A stretch of 62,267 nucleotides of DNA from Patescibacteria group bacterium (GCA_041651095.1 JBAZJV010000007.1:1-62267); one strand, 5' to 3'; shown: positions 29,215 to 37,824, counted from the stretch's first letter. Numbers and translations: made by a program. Notes: generated by a model not told the origin, from the letters alone.

Positions 29215-29953
29215 ACTCTATCTCCAATTTCTTTGCTCCCTCCCAGGATAGTTGATAAGCCTGGCGCATAGCTTCGGCAATCGCCTTGCTTTCAATAATT
29301 ACTGACATCTCTTCAGCATAATTTAAAAAGGCTACCTTGTCATTATAGATATTCACTTCTATGCCCGGCCAGAAAATATCTTTCGGCACGATGACGGTTT
29401 CGGATAATTCCGACTGATCATAACCCTTGTGCTTGCTGTGCCAGCGCGAACCGGCGCCGGCGATGCGCTTGGCCCGGATGTTGAGCGCCATGCGCTTGGC
29501 AATATAGACCGGATCTACCGTCGGATAGTCAAAATAAGCGTCGGTATTCCATTCCAAAATCTCCGACGGCTTTTCTCGCAAAGTGTCATCATAGATATTC
29601 TGGATGGCGCTCTTTCCTTCATAGAACAGGATGCGCGGCTTGGTTTCGCCGCCGTTATACAGCGCTTCCAGTTCCGGCAATTTTTTTTCTATTTCCTGCC
29701 GCAGGTTATTGACCAGCGACAAGAGCTTATCCGGCGCTTCCGCCTTATACCTGGTCTTGTTCCTGATCCGCGACTGCCCAATAACTCCCTTTTCCACCAG
29801 ATAGCCCAGGACGGAATATGTCGTGGTCCGCTGCAGATTAGCTCGCTTGGCAATATTCTGGGCCGAATCCAAGCCGGATTCCAGGGCGGCCAGATAGACC
29901 TTGGCTTCGTTCTGGGAAAAGCCGATTTTCTGCAATAACTGTTCTTTGGTCAT
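29213..29953 (-). CDS. TrmB family transcriptional regulator
   Basis: IGFSQNEAKVYLAAL, HTH, RTTTY.VL..L, FYEG, C-terminal effector domain (IYNDKV, IIESK.IA.AM...Y...W). Confidence 0.92.
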   Translation of the reverse strand: MTKEQLLQKIGFSQNEAKVYLAALESGLDSAQNIAKRANLQRTTTYSVLGYLVEKGVIGQSRIRNKTRYKAEAPDKLLSLVNNLRQEIEKKLPELEALYNGGETKPRILFYEGKSAIQNIYDDTLREKPSEILEWNTDAYFDYPTVDPVYIAKRMALNIRAKRIAGAGSRWHSKHKGYDQSELSETVIVPKDIFWPGIEVNIYNDKVAFLNYAEEMSVIIESKAIAEAMRQAYQLSWEGAKKLEIE

Positions 29954-29965
29954 AATATGAGAATA

Positions 29966-30094
29966 AATGACGAAATATCTTTAGTCATTATATCAAATAT
30001 TTTTGGCTTTGTAAAGCTAAAAAATAATAATTATATAATATTACTCGTCAAAATGACGAATTCCTTTGACATAAAGTTAGATTTATTGCACAAT
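29966..30094. promoter_or_regulatory. Divergent promoters (trmB: TTTACA-17-TATAAT; radical SAM: TTGACA-17-CACAAT) with TGAC-based palindromes
   Basis: Minus-strand boxes at 30010-30015 and 29987-29992; plus-strand boxes at 30066-30071 and 30089-30094; TCGTCA-AAA-TGACGA at 30045-30059. Confidence 0.6.
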
Positions 30095-30146
30095 AGACGG
30101 AAAACTAAAAAATCGTCCATTAACAATAAATATAAAGGAAAAAGAC

Positions 30147-31646
30147 ATGAAAAACTTGGCTGTAACTATTATCCCGCAAGGGGTAATCTATCAGAATACC
30201 GGAGAACAGCGGTTGACCGTCCTGCTCCTGGTTCCCTTCTATAGTTTCTATGAGAAATACGAAACCAGGCGCGCCGGCTGTCCCTTGGGCCTGGAATATC
30301 TGGCGGCCGAACTGGTCCCTCTGGGTTTTAATGTGATTTTCATTGACGCTTGCCTGTCCGCCTATGACCAGCTCACGCCGCAAACTGACGGCACCATTCG
30401 CTACGGCCTGACCGGTGAACAATTAAGGCAAGTGCTTAAACAATTCCAACCGGACCTGGTCGGCATCACCAACCTGTTCAGTAATCAAGCCAAGAATGTG
30501 CTGGCTACGGCGCAGATTGTTCGCGAAATGTACCCACAAACAGTCATTACCGAAGGCGGCGGCCATGCCACCGGCGCAGTGGAAGAAGTCTTGCGCGACG
30601 GACCGGTCGATATCGTTATTCGCGGCGAAGGTATAAAGCAATTCGTATCTCTCTGCCAGGCGCTGGAAGCCAAAGAAGATTATCGTAATGTCTCGGGCCT
30701 CAGTTATTTGGACGGAAACGGAACAATAAAGCATAATCCGGATCAGCCATTCCTGAAAAATCTGGATGAACTGTCGCCGCGCCGCCTAGAAATTCCGTCG
30801 CATCCGATGTATGATACTAATTTCCATACCGGCGGCAGCCGTAAACTGAAACGCGGCCGGCATATCTATGTGATGACCGGTTTCGGCTGCGCGCTGCATT
30901 GCGAATTCTGTTTGTCAGACCTGATGACCGGCGACCGGACGCGTTTTTTCAGCCTGGCTTATCTGGAACGCGAATTTATTCGATATAAAGCAGCTGGATT
31001 CACGGAAATCATTATTGAAGACGACCAATTCCTGGCGGATATAAGGCGCGCGATGGATATTGCCGCGCTCTTACAGAAGCACCGGCTCTATTGGTTTGAG
31101 GAAGGCGGCATCAGCCTGTTCAAGCTGATGCGTCCGGGACCGGGATTGAGCTATAAACAAATAATTGATTGTTTTGCCCAGTCATATTGCTACCGCTTCT
31201 ATTTGGCTATAGAATCGGCCAATCCGGAATCATTGAGCCGCTCCAAGAAACCAGCCATCAATGCCGATACCGATTACGCGGCAGAAATCGTCAGCTATAT
31301 CAAGGCGCAAGGTATCGAAGCGGTCGGCGGTTTCATGATCGGTTTCAAGATCCCGAGTTATGAAGAAAGCTTGGCCGACATTGAACGGACCATCGCGTAT
31401 GCCAAAAAATTAAGAGCGGCCGGACTGGCTTATGTCATGCTGTTTATCTATACCGCTCTGCCCGGTACGCCGGTCTTTGACTACTTGAAGCCATATCTGA
31501 CCGGCTATTCCAGCCACGAGCGCGCCGCTTTCCCGGTCGCCGGACTGACGACTGACGAACTCACTGAAAAAAGATTAGTTTGGCTAGGAGAAATAAATGG
31601 AAAGAGCCAAGAGTTGGCGAAGGAGAAAAGGAATTGGGGGTTGTAA
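30147..31646 (+). CDS. B12-binding-domain radical SAM protein
   Basis: PLGLEYLAA, GGGHAT, GEG, CALHCEFC (CxxxCxxC), EDDQF, IESAN, GGFMIG, PGTP. Confidence 0.92.
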   Translation: MKNLAVTIIPQGVIYQNTGEQRLTVLLLVPFYSFYEKYETRRAGCPLGLEYLAAELVPLGFNVIFIDACLSAYDQLTPQTDGTIRYGLTGEQLRQVLKQFQPDLVGITNLFSNQAKNVLATAQIVREMYPQTVITEGGGHATGAVEEVLRDGPVDIVIRGEGIKQFVSLCQALEAKEDYRNVSGLSYLDGNGTIKHNPDQPFLKNLDELSPRRLEIPSHPMYDTNFHTGGSRKLKRGRHIYVMTGFGCALHCEFCLSDLMTGDRTRFFSLAYLEREFIRYKAAGFTEIIIEDDQFLADIRRAMDIAALLQKHRLYWFEEGGISLFKLMRPGPGLSYKQIIDCFAQSYCYRFYLAIESANPESLSRSKKPAINADTDYAAEIVSYIKAQGIEAVGGFMIGFKIPSYEESLADIERTIAYAKKLRAAGLAYVMLFIYTALPGTPVFDYLKPYLTGYSSHERAAFPVAGLTTDELTEKRLVWLGEINGKSQELAKEKRNWGL

Positions 31647-31701
31647 TTGGTAGTCGTTGGTGATTGCAGAAAATAATTAGTTATTTGTAATTTAGAATAA
31701 T

Positions 31702-31729
31702 AAAACGCCTCACAGAGATGAGGCGTTTT
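31702..31729. terminator. Bidirectional terminator at the left edge of the AT-rich islet
   Basis: aaaacgcctca-cagaga-tgaggcgtttt. Confidence 0.8.
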
Positions 31730-31808
31730 GACTATACTATTGGATGTGAACTATAAGTAATTTTGATCAAATTTTTATTAAAATTTAATCTAATATTTTT
31801 ATATTAAA

Positions 31809-32936
31809 TCACTTCAATGCCTTAATAATAAAAGTTCCATTAGTGTTGGTTATTAAGTTATCTTTAGATAAAATAAGTCTATTTATGTCTAAATTTTTTT
31901 GACAATAATCTATATCTATTTTGTAATTTGAAAATTCATTAATAATAAGATAACATCCATTAAATAAATCGAAATTAAAATTATCAAAGTCAATCGCGAA
32001 TCTATCAAATATGGCCACTGCGCTAATGTTTAAAAAACATTTTAATGAATTCTGAACTCTCCATATTAATTGTTTAATATCCATGCAATACAACCCAGAT
32101 AAATCTAAATAAATTACTAATCCAATTCTGGAATTAATATACTGTTGGGACTTATCGATCAACTTACTGTGAATCGATCCCATAATATCTTCTACAACTA
32201 TTTTAACTACTAAGCCGCCTTCTTTAATTTCATAAACAAAGCCGGTATAGGCATCGCAAGCGAGAGCGCCATCATGCACCCTTACCTCGTCCGGGAATGA
32301 AGCGCAAATATCGGTAATAGATGAATCGGATAAAATATTTTTTATAAAAATTTGAAATGATTTTTTGGGACAAACTATTATTGTTTTATTGTTGTATTTA
32401 TTTAATATATCCGGCCTGTTTTCTAACAAAGAATTAATTGCTACTAGCCCTAGCTCTTCTTTAGTTTCCCAATGAATTTTAGTAACATCAATATTATATT
32501 TTTCATTACCTAAATATAACAATGCTTCTGGATTAATCGTGTGCGATTCAGAATACAACTCTAACTTACAGCCATTTCGAGACAGCTCCCCTAAAACTGC
32601 TACTTCTGACATTATATCCTTATCAAACTTAGAAAATCGTCTAAAAAGTTCTTTCTTGCTCTTAAGTGACCCGCCATAATTAACATTTATATCATGCAGA
32701 TCTCTGCCAAACATCAGAATATATAGCCCATGACAAAGCCCAAGTGTATGATTAGTTTCCAATAAATTTATTGGATTTGATCCTTTAAAATAATTTATAA
32801 AATAATTAAAATATTCTTCAATTTGTCTCTGTGGTAGAGGGTAATTGTGGTTATGTATCTTGAGTATCTCACAAATTTGTTTATAGTTATATTGTTTATG
32901 CATATGTGTAAACATTATATCATTTTCACTAAACAA
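31809..32936 (-). CDS. Hypothetical protein, PD-(D/E)xK nuclease-like fold candidate (AT-rich)
   Basis: SEVAV..L...G helix, PE, IDVTK, later K..QY..LVIYLD pattern. Confidence 0.45.
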   Translation of the reverse strand: MFSENDIMFTHMHKQYNYKQICEILKIHNHNYPLPQRQIEEYFNYFINYFKGSNPINLLETNHTLGLCHGLYILMFGRDLHDINVNYGGSLKSKKELFRRFSKFDKDIMSEVAVLGELSRNGCKLELYSESHTINPEALLYLGNEKYNIDVTKIHWETKEELGLVAINSLLENRPDILNKYNNKTIIVCPKKSFQIFIKNILSDSSITDICASFPDEVRVHDGALACDAYTGFVYEIKEGGLVVKIVVEDIMGSIHSKLIDKSQQYINSRIGLVIYLDLSGLYCMDIKQLIWRVQNSLKCFLNISAVAIFDRFAIDFDNFNFDLFNGCYLIINEFSNYKIDIDYCQKNLDINRLILSKDNLITNTNGTFIIKALK

Positions 32937-32987
32937 AAACAGGCATCTCTGCCCGTTAATGTTTAATGAGCTTTTTTTGGAGTTTGG

Positions 32988-33806
32988 TTATAAATATGGC
33001 TCTTCCGAAATTCTTTTAACTTCCGGAATCAGATAATCTTTAAAAATATGCTTATATAAATCTAATAATTTACCATATACCGTCTGGCAATATTTTCTTA
33101 CTTCTTCACCGTCCGGCATCAAAGGCTCAACAACATTACCGCTATCCGATTCATAAACAAAACAAGAAAACCCTTTTAAGCCAGAGCGATGCGATATGTC
33201 ATTCCTTAACGTGTTTAATTTTACAATCCACTCATTTATTTCTTTATCAAAAAAACCTGCTAACTCATGATTACCATTACTCCTCATCAAATCAGTCGTA
33301 TTTTCGCCTAATTTTCTACCAAATATAAGCGCCTCCCTATCAACACCGCCAACTTTCAAGTAAGAATATAAATGTTTTAAAAGCTGAATAATAATATCTA
33401 GATTACTTCTGACCTGGAATATAAATGACTCTGTTTCATTTATTAACACCTCATTTATTAGTTCAGCCTTGGGACACATTCCACTTTTTATCATCTCAGA
33501 ATATTGTGTCATTTCTTCTGGACTCGGTCCGCCTCCAATTTCGCTTTCAATCAAAAACAAGCTATATCTCGCGGCACGGACTTTATGAAAACAGTCTTCA
33601 ACTTTCTGTCTAAGGTTATTGTGCAAATCTATAACTTTTACTGGCTTACCCGTTTTCAATTCATCTATAGTTTTGGGCGCGACATAGAATCCTTCAATTG
33701 GTATTTCAAAAATACCGTAAATTTCATCATAATACGAATCAAGTTTTCTGTCTGAAAATAATATTCTGCATTTATTTTTATCTCTTACAATTTTATACCG
33801 GCTCAT
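32988..33806 (-). CDS. HEPN-domain protein (Cthe_2314-like) (AT-rich)
   Basis: ETESFIFQVRSNLDII helix and RNDISH (Rx4H) motif. Confidence 0.7.
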   Translation of the reverse strand: MSRYKIVRDKNKCRILFSDRKLDSYYDEIYGIFEIPIEGFYVAPKTIDELKTGKPVKVIDLHNNLRQKVEDCFHKVRAARYSLFLIESEIGGGPSPEEMTQYSEMIKSGMCPKAELINEVLINETESFIFQVRSNLDIIIQLLKHLYSYLKVGGVDREALIFGRKLGENTTDLMRSNGNHELAGFFDKEINEWIVKLNTLRNDISHRSGLKGFSCFVYESDSGNVVEPLMPDGEEVRKYCQTVYGKLLDLYKHIFKDYLIPEVKRISEEPYL

Positions 33807-33831
33807 AAAATTAAAATAAATTTTCTAAAAC

Positions 33832-33852
33832 AAAAACCCTCATTACGAGGGC
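33832..33852 (-). terminator. Terminator downstream of tRNA-Gly
   Basis: gccctc-gtaat-gagggt followed by TTTT on the minus strand. Confidence 0.6.
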
Positions 33853-33885
33853 TTCTGTAATCTGGGGGTTATAAACCCCCGTAAA

Positions 33886-33960
33886 TGGAGCGGGTAACGG
33901 GAATTGAACCCGTCTCTCGAACTTGGCAAGCTCGCATAATAGCCACTATACGATACCCGC
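33886..33960 (-). tRNA. tRNA-Gly(GCC), CCA encoded
   Basis: GCGGGTA acceptor stem, anticodon loop TTGCCAA, GGTTCAATTCC T-arm. Confidence 0.96.
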
Positions 33961-33971
33961 GCTTATTAAAT

Positions 33972-34634
33972 TTAACTTATCTCTGTCTCTTTCAGCATAT
34001 TCACCCAGGCAATGATCTTTTCCTTATATTCTCTATTACTAATCGTCAAAGTGCCAATACCATGAGCCAATCTCTTGGTCGGGTGCTTTCCTTTAATATA
34101 GCTGCTTCGGAAAAATCTGTCTACCGGCAAACCGACTATTTTCGACCAATACGTTCGGCACTCCTGTTCAGCTAAATCCCTATATAATACTAAATAAATC
34201 CTAGCTTTATAGCAAATCTCCGGCAAATAGGCCTGGAGAAATTTATAGTATAGTCTGATCATCTTCGGGTCTGAATTACTGACCCGGATCATGCCATTAG
34301 CCAATTTATTATCACCCTCGCCCCAATATAGTGTCAGGCCGGCTAAAAATAATCTTTCCTTTATGTATTTCTTAAATTGCTGCTGCGCTTTTAAGCCTTG
34401 ATTCTTGTATATCTTCTGTAATCCGACTTTTCGTTTACTACTGAGCGCCTTCATTCTGATACTGGCATTTTCTCTAGCTAAATCAGATAAATATTGCTTC
34501 GTTTTCTGCGACCAGAGATTGGAAGCAAACCAATTGGACAAGGTGCTTTTAGGAATGTTTAAAGCTAGCGATATTTCTTTATAACTCTTTCCGGCTCGGC
34601 GCAATTTGACTGCGATTTCCTGATCGTGGCGCAT
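33972..34634 (-). CDS. HTH + LAGLIDADG-like ('LYWGEG') protein
   Basis: N-terminal LRRAGKSYKEI..L.IPKSTLSNW HTH; LAGLTLYWGEG and SNSDP motifs. Confidence 0.7.
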   Translation of the reverse strand: MRHDQEIAVKLRRAGKSYKEISLALNIPKSTLSNWFASNLWSQKTKQYLSDLARENASIRMKALSSKRKVGLQKIYKNQGLKAQQQFKKYIKERLFLAGLTLYWGEGDNKLANGMIRVSNSDPKMIRLYYKFLQAYLPEICYKARIYLVLYRDLAEQECRTYWSKIVGLPVDRFFRSSYIKGKHPTKRLAHGIGTLTISNREYKEKIIAWVNMLKETEIS

Positions 34635-34697
34635 AAATTGAACTTATATTATTACCTACAGTATATAATATAATTCAATTTAACACAAATATATCCG

Positions 34698-34779
34698 TGG
34701 TCCAGGTGGGACTCGAACCCACATGCCTGTCGGCACAGCATTTTAAGTGCTGCGTGTATACCAATTCCACCACTGGACC
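34698..34779 (-). tRNA. tRNA-Leu(TAA), CCA not encoded
   Basis: GGTCCAG/CTGGACC acceptor stem, CAGCA-CTTAAAA-TGCTG anticodon arm, long variable arm, GTTCGAGTC T-loop. Confidence 0.95.
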
Positions 34780-34820
34780 TAATTTCTGTCAGGCGGAAAG
34801 TGTGGGTTCTAACCACATTG

Positions 34821-35208
34821 TGGAGATGATGGGAGTTGAACCCATGTCCAGCCGGGTTGTCTAAATACGTTTACAAGATTAGGCCGATTTCGTTGGTTTA
34901 GCTTTAATCATCGAAAACCGGACAAAAAGCGATTAGAGCGATCTTTCGATTGATTTCGGATAATTCCCGGAAAGAGCGGAAACTGCCTATCCTCATATTG
35001 ATGACACCGGAAACACGACTATGAAGACTCACCATGTCCGATGGTTATAGCCTTATTTATTAGGCCATAACTGGAGCATAACTCGGGGTTAACCAAGTGA
35101 AAGCTCTTGCCGTTTTGGCATTTGTGTTTGTTCAGCCAGTTTAGCGTGATAACTGAGCACGTCCTGAATATTTAGACGAAAATCCAACTGTCGATTCCTT
35201 GCATCCCC
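34821..35208 (-). ncRNA. ssrA: tmRNA; tag ORF 35119-35060 encodes AKTARAFTWLTPSYAPVMA*
   Basis: 5' GGGGATGCAAGGAATCGAC, 3' GGGTTCAACTCCCATCATCTCCA, G3:U Ala identity pair, 4 nt downstream of smpB. Confidence 0.93.
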
Positions 35209-35212
35209 TCTG

Positions 35213-35671
35213 CTAACGTCTTTTTGTCAAAGACCGCAAACTGCGTTCTACTTCCCGTTTCTTGATGGCCTCCCGCTTGTCGTATTTCTTCTTGCCGCGG
35301 GCCACCGCGAACTCCAATTTCAGAAAACTATGATTAGTATATATTTGCAATGGGATTAGTGTCAAGCCCTCGGTTTGCTGCCTCCCGACCAACCGTTTGA
35401 TCTCCCCTTTTTTGAGCAATAGCTTGCGTTCCCGGCGCTGGTTATAATCCGGCATGGGGCCAGCCTGCTTATAGGGGGAAATCTGGCAACCTAAGAGATA
35501 AAATTCCGGGCGGCCGTGATGGCTGCGCAAGCTGATGAAGCTGCCCTTAAGGCTCACCTGGCCGGCCCGGACCGACTTTACTTCGTGGCCATACAAAACC
35601 AACCCGGCCTCGTATTTTTCTAAGAGCTCGTAGTCAAAGCTAGCCTTCCTGTTTTGCGCCAACTGAGGCAT
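35213..35671 (-). CDS. smpB: SsrA-binding protein
   Basis: NRKA.FDY, EAGLVL.G.EVKS, RERKLLL, KGKK-like ARGKKKYDKRE. Confidence 0.97.
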   Translation of the reverse strand: MPQLAQNRKASFDYELLEKYEAGLVLYGHEVKSVRAGQVSLKGSFISLRSHHGRPEFYLLGCQISPYKQAGPMPDYNQRRERKLLLKKGEIKRLVGRQQTEGLTLIPLQIYTNHSFLKLEFAVARGKKKYDKREAIKKREVERSLRSLTKRR

Positions 35672-36950
35672 AGTTCCATTCTTTTAGCTGGTCGACGACT
35701 TTCTCGTTGGTCAGGACGTTCTCCAGGTAATGGTGGTAGCCCGGCTCGCCGATCATCTTCTGGATTTCCGGATTCTTAGCATATTGCGCCTTTAATTCGT
35801 CCATCTTCTTATGAATAGCTTCGTGCTCTACGGAAATCTTCTCAATAATGGCGATTTCGCGGATAGCCAAAGCGGATTTAACCCTTTTAATGGCGTTCGG
35901 GGTGAGTTCCAGCATCAAGGCGCCGCGGTCTTTCTTGATGTGCTGCAAGTAATCTTCGAATTTGCCGCCCTGGCGCACTACGCTGGCCTCGATTTCCGCC
36001 AGCATGTTCTTGACTTCGCCGTCGATCATGACGTCCGGCAAGTCGCCGAACTTGGTATCGTCAATTATTTTATTGATCATCTCTGATTCGTTGCGCAGAT
36101 CCGCCTGGCGCTGTTTCTCGTTGCTCATACTCTCGCGGATATTCTTCTTCAGGTCCTCCAAGTCCTTGAGTTGGAAGAATTTGGCGAACTCGTCATTCAG
36201 TTCCGGCAGTTCTCGGCTATACACTTCCTTGATTTTCACTTCGAATTCTACCAGCTTGCCGGCCAAATTCTGCTGATGATGATTTTCCGGATAGGGCAAG
36301 TCGAATTTACGGACGTCGCCTTTCTTGGCGCCTAAAAGCTGCTTATCGAAGCCGGGTACGAAATAGTCCTTGCCCATCATGATCGCCAGGTCATTGTGCT
36401 GGCCGTCTTCGACCGGCACCTTGTCCAGGAACAGCTTAATGTCGACGACAACTTTGTCACCGTCTGCTATCGGCCGGTCAACGATCGCTTCCTTGGCCCG
36501 CATCTCACGCAGCTCCTTTAATGATTTCTCCACTTCTTGATCGCCGATTTCTACCGGCTCGAACTTCAAGTTGAGGTCCTTATACTTCCCTAAGGCGACC
36601 GTCGGCAATAAAGACAACACTACTTTATATTCCAAGGGGTTATCCGGCGCTAGCTTAGTGACGCTCACCTCGGGCTGGCCGATGGCCCGGCGATCCATGG
36701 TATTTTTCTCAATCGCTTCGTCAATGGTCTTATTTATCGCCAGGCGCGCGGCGGCTTCCAGGATGGTCATCTCGCCGATCTTGGATTTGAGCACGGCGAG
36801 CGGCGCTTTGCCTGGCCGGAAACCTTCTATCTTCACCTCCTTGGACACCTGTTCGGCTCCTTTTTCAATATAGGGCGCGAATTCCGCTACGCTGATTTCC
36901 ACGGTCAGCTCCCGCTGGGATTTTTCCAAATCTTTGCTTTGTACTTGCAT
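35640..36950 (-). CDS. tig: Trigger factor
   Basis: IEGFRPGKAP signature, FKBP-like middle domain (FVPGFDKQLLG). Confidence 0.95.
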   Translation of the reverse strand: MQVQSKDLEKSQRELTVEISVAEFAPYIEKGAEQVSKEVKIEGFRPGKAPLAVLKSKIGEMTILEAAARLAINKTIDEAIEKNTMDRRAIGQPEVSVTKLAPDNPLEYKVVLSLLPTVALGKYKDLNLKFEPVEIGDQEVEKSLKELREMRAKEAIVDRPIADGDKVVVDIKLFLDKVPVEDGQHNDLAIMMGKDYFVPGFDKQLLGAKKGDVRKFDLPYPENHHQQNLAGKLVEFEVKIKEVYSRELPELNDEFAKFFQLKDLEDLKKNIRESMSNEKQRQADLRNESEMINKIIDDTKFGDLPDVMIDGEVKNMLAEIEASVVRQGGKFEDYLQHIKKDRGALMLELTPNAIKRVKSALAIREIAIIEKISVEHEAIHKKMDELKAQYAKNPEIQKMIGEPGYHHYLENVLTNEKVVDQLKEWNYASVGAKQEG

Positions 36951-37041
36951 ATGTCTTAGTTGTTAAAGCGGGCCGCTAAGCCCGCTCGGTTTATCTCTCT
37001 TAATCGCCTTTATCATAGCAGTTTTGGCGGAAAAATCAAGG

Positions 37042-37728
37042 CTAACCGAACTTGGCCGCCAATAACCTGATAATCTTTTTCCGCCAGGCCAATTGCTCTT
37101 TAATCGGATTTTCCATTTCCAGGGCGATGAAACGGCCAAAGACGAAATCCGGCAAGGTTTTCAAATAAGCGAAATCTGCCCAGCGGCCAGGTTGATGAAT
37201 ACAAGCATTGTCCTTGGAGTCATAGCCGTTCAAGTGATTACAGACGAATAGTTTTTTCTGGCGGCGGCGCGCCTGCTGATATTTAAAAGCCTCGGAATGC
37301 AGAGTTTCACCGATCTTATAGTGGGCCAGATCAATGCAGAAGCCGCCGATCCGGTCTAGCCGGAAAGACGGTAACAACTTGGAATGGCCGCCGAACTCCA
37401 GATATATCTTCCGCCTTATCTTTAGCCACTTGGACAAATAGCGGAAACCGCTGACGTGCATATTGTAGTAGCGGGGTCGGAAATGCTGCTCTAAAAAATC
37501 AATTTCCCGCGCGCTTAAATCGTTACGCAGATGGACAAATGGCACTTCTTTAATCTTTGAAGCTAAAAGCGCCCGATAGACCTGGCGGCGCTCACGCGGA
37601 TTGACCTGGGTCAGGAACAACGCGACGCGCCTGACTTGATGCGAATCGGCCTCCTCTATCCTGGCAATCATGGCTTGGGCGCCGCGCCCGGCGATACTCA
37701 CCGCGACATTATCATTAGTATATTTCAT
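37042..37728 (-). CDS. Xylose-isomerase/AP-endonuclease-like TIM-barrel protein
   Basis: Metal-ligand pattern H, YLE, CIDLAH, HLNG, ALEMEN. Confidence 0.6.
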   Translation of the reverse strand: MKYTNDNVAVSIAGRGAQAMIARIEEADSHQVRRVALFLTQVNPRERRQVYRALLASKIKEVPFVHLRNDLSAREIDFLEQHFRPRYYNMHVSGFRYLSKWLKIRRKIYLEFGGHSKLLPSFRLDRIGGFCIDLAHYKIGETLHSEAFKYQQARRRQKKLFVCNHLNGYDSKDNACIHQPGRWADFAYLKTLPDFVFGRFIALEMENPIKEQLAWRKKIIRLLAAKFG

Positions 37729-37824
37729 ATGATATCGTATTTTTTTATATTGTCATTCTAACTGAAAAAATAAAAAAGGGACAGCCGTAGCTTGTCCCTT
37801 CGGAAACCGTTATCACGTGATTAA

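Noticed and set aside
31640-31810. att-site copy of the tRNA-Gly 3' end at the far edge of the AT-rich islet
   Set aside because: No matching direct repeat found, so the islet is not called an intact integrative element.
33861-33881. GGGGGTT-ATA-AACCCC hairpin after tRNA-Gly as a repeat element
   Set aside because: Single copy; most simply part of the tRNA trailer.
33885-34175. ORF MERVTGIEPVSRTWQ
   Set aside because: Antisense reading of tRNA-Gly, a well-known artefact.
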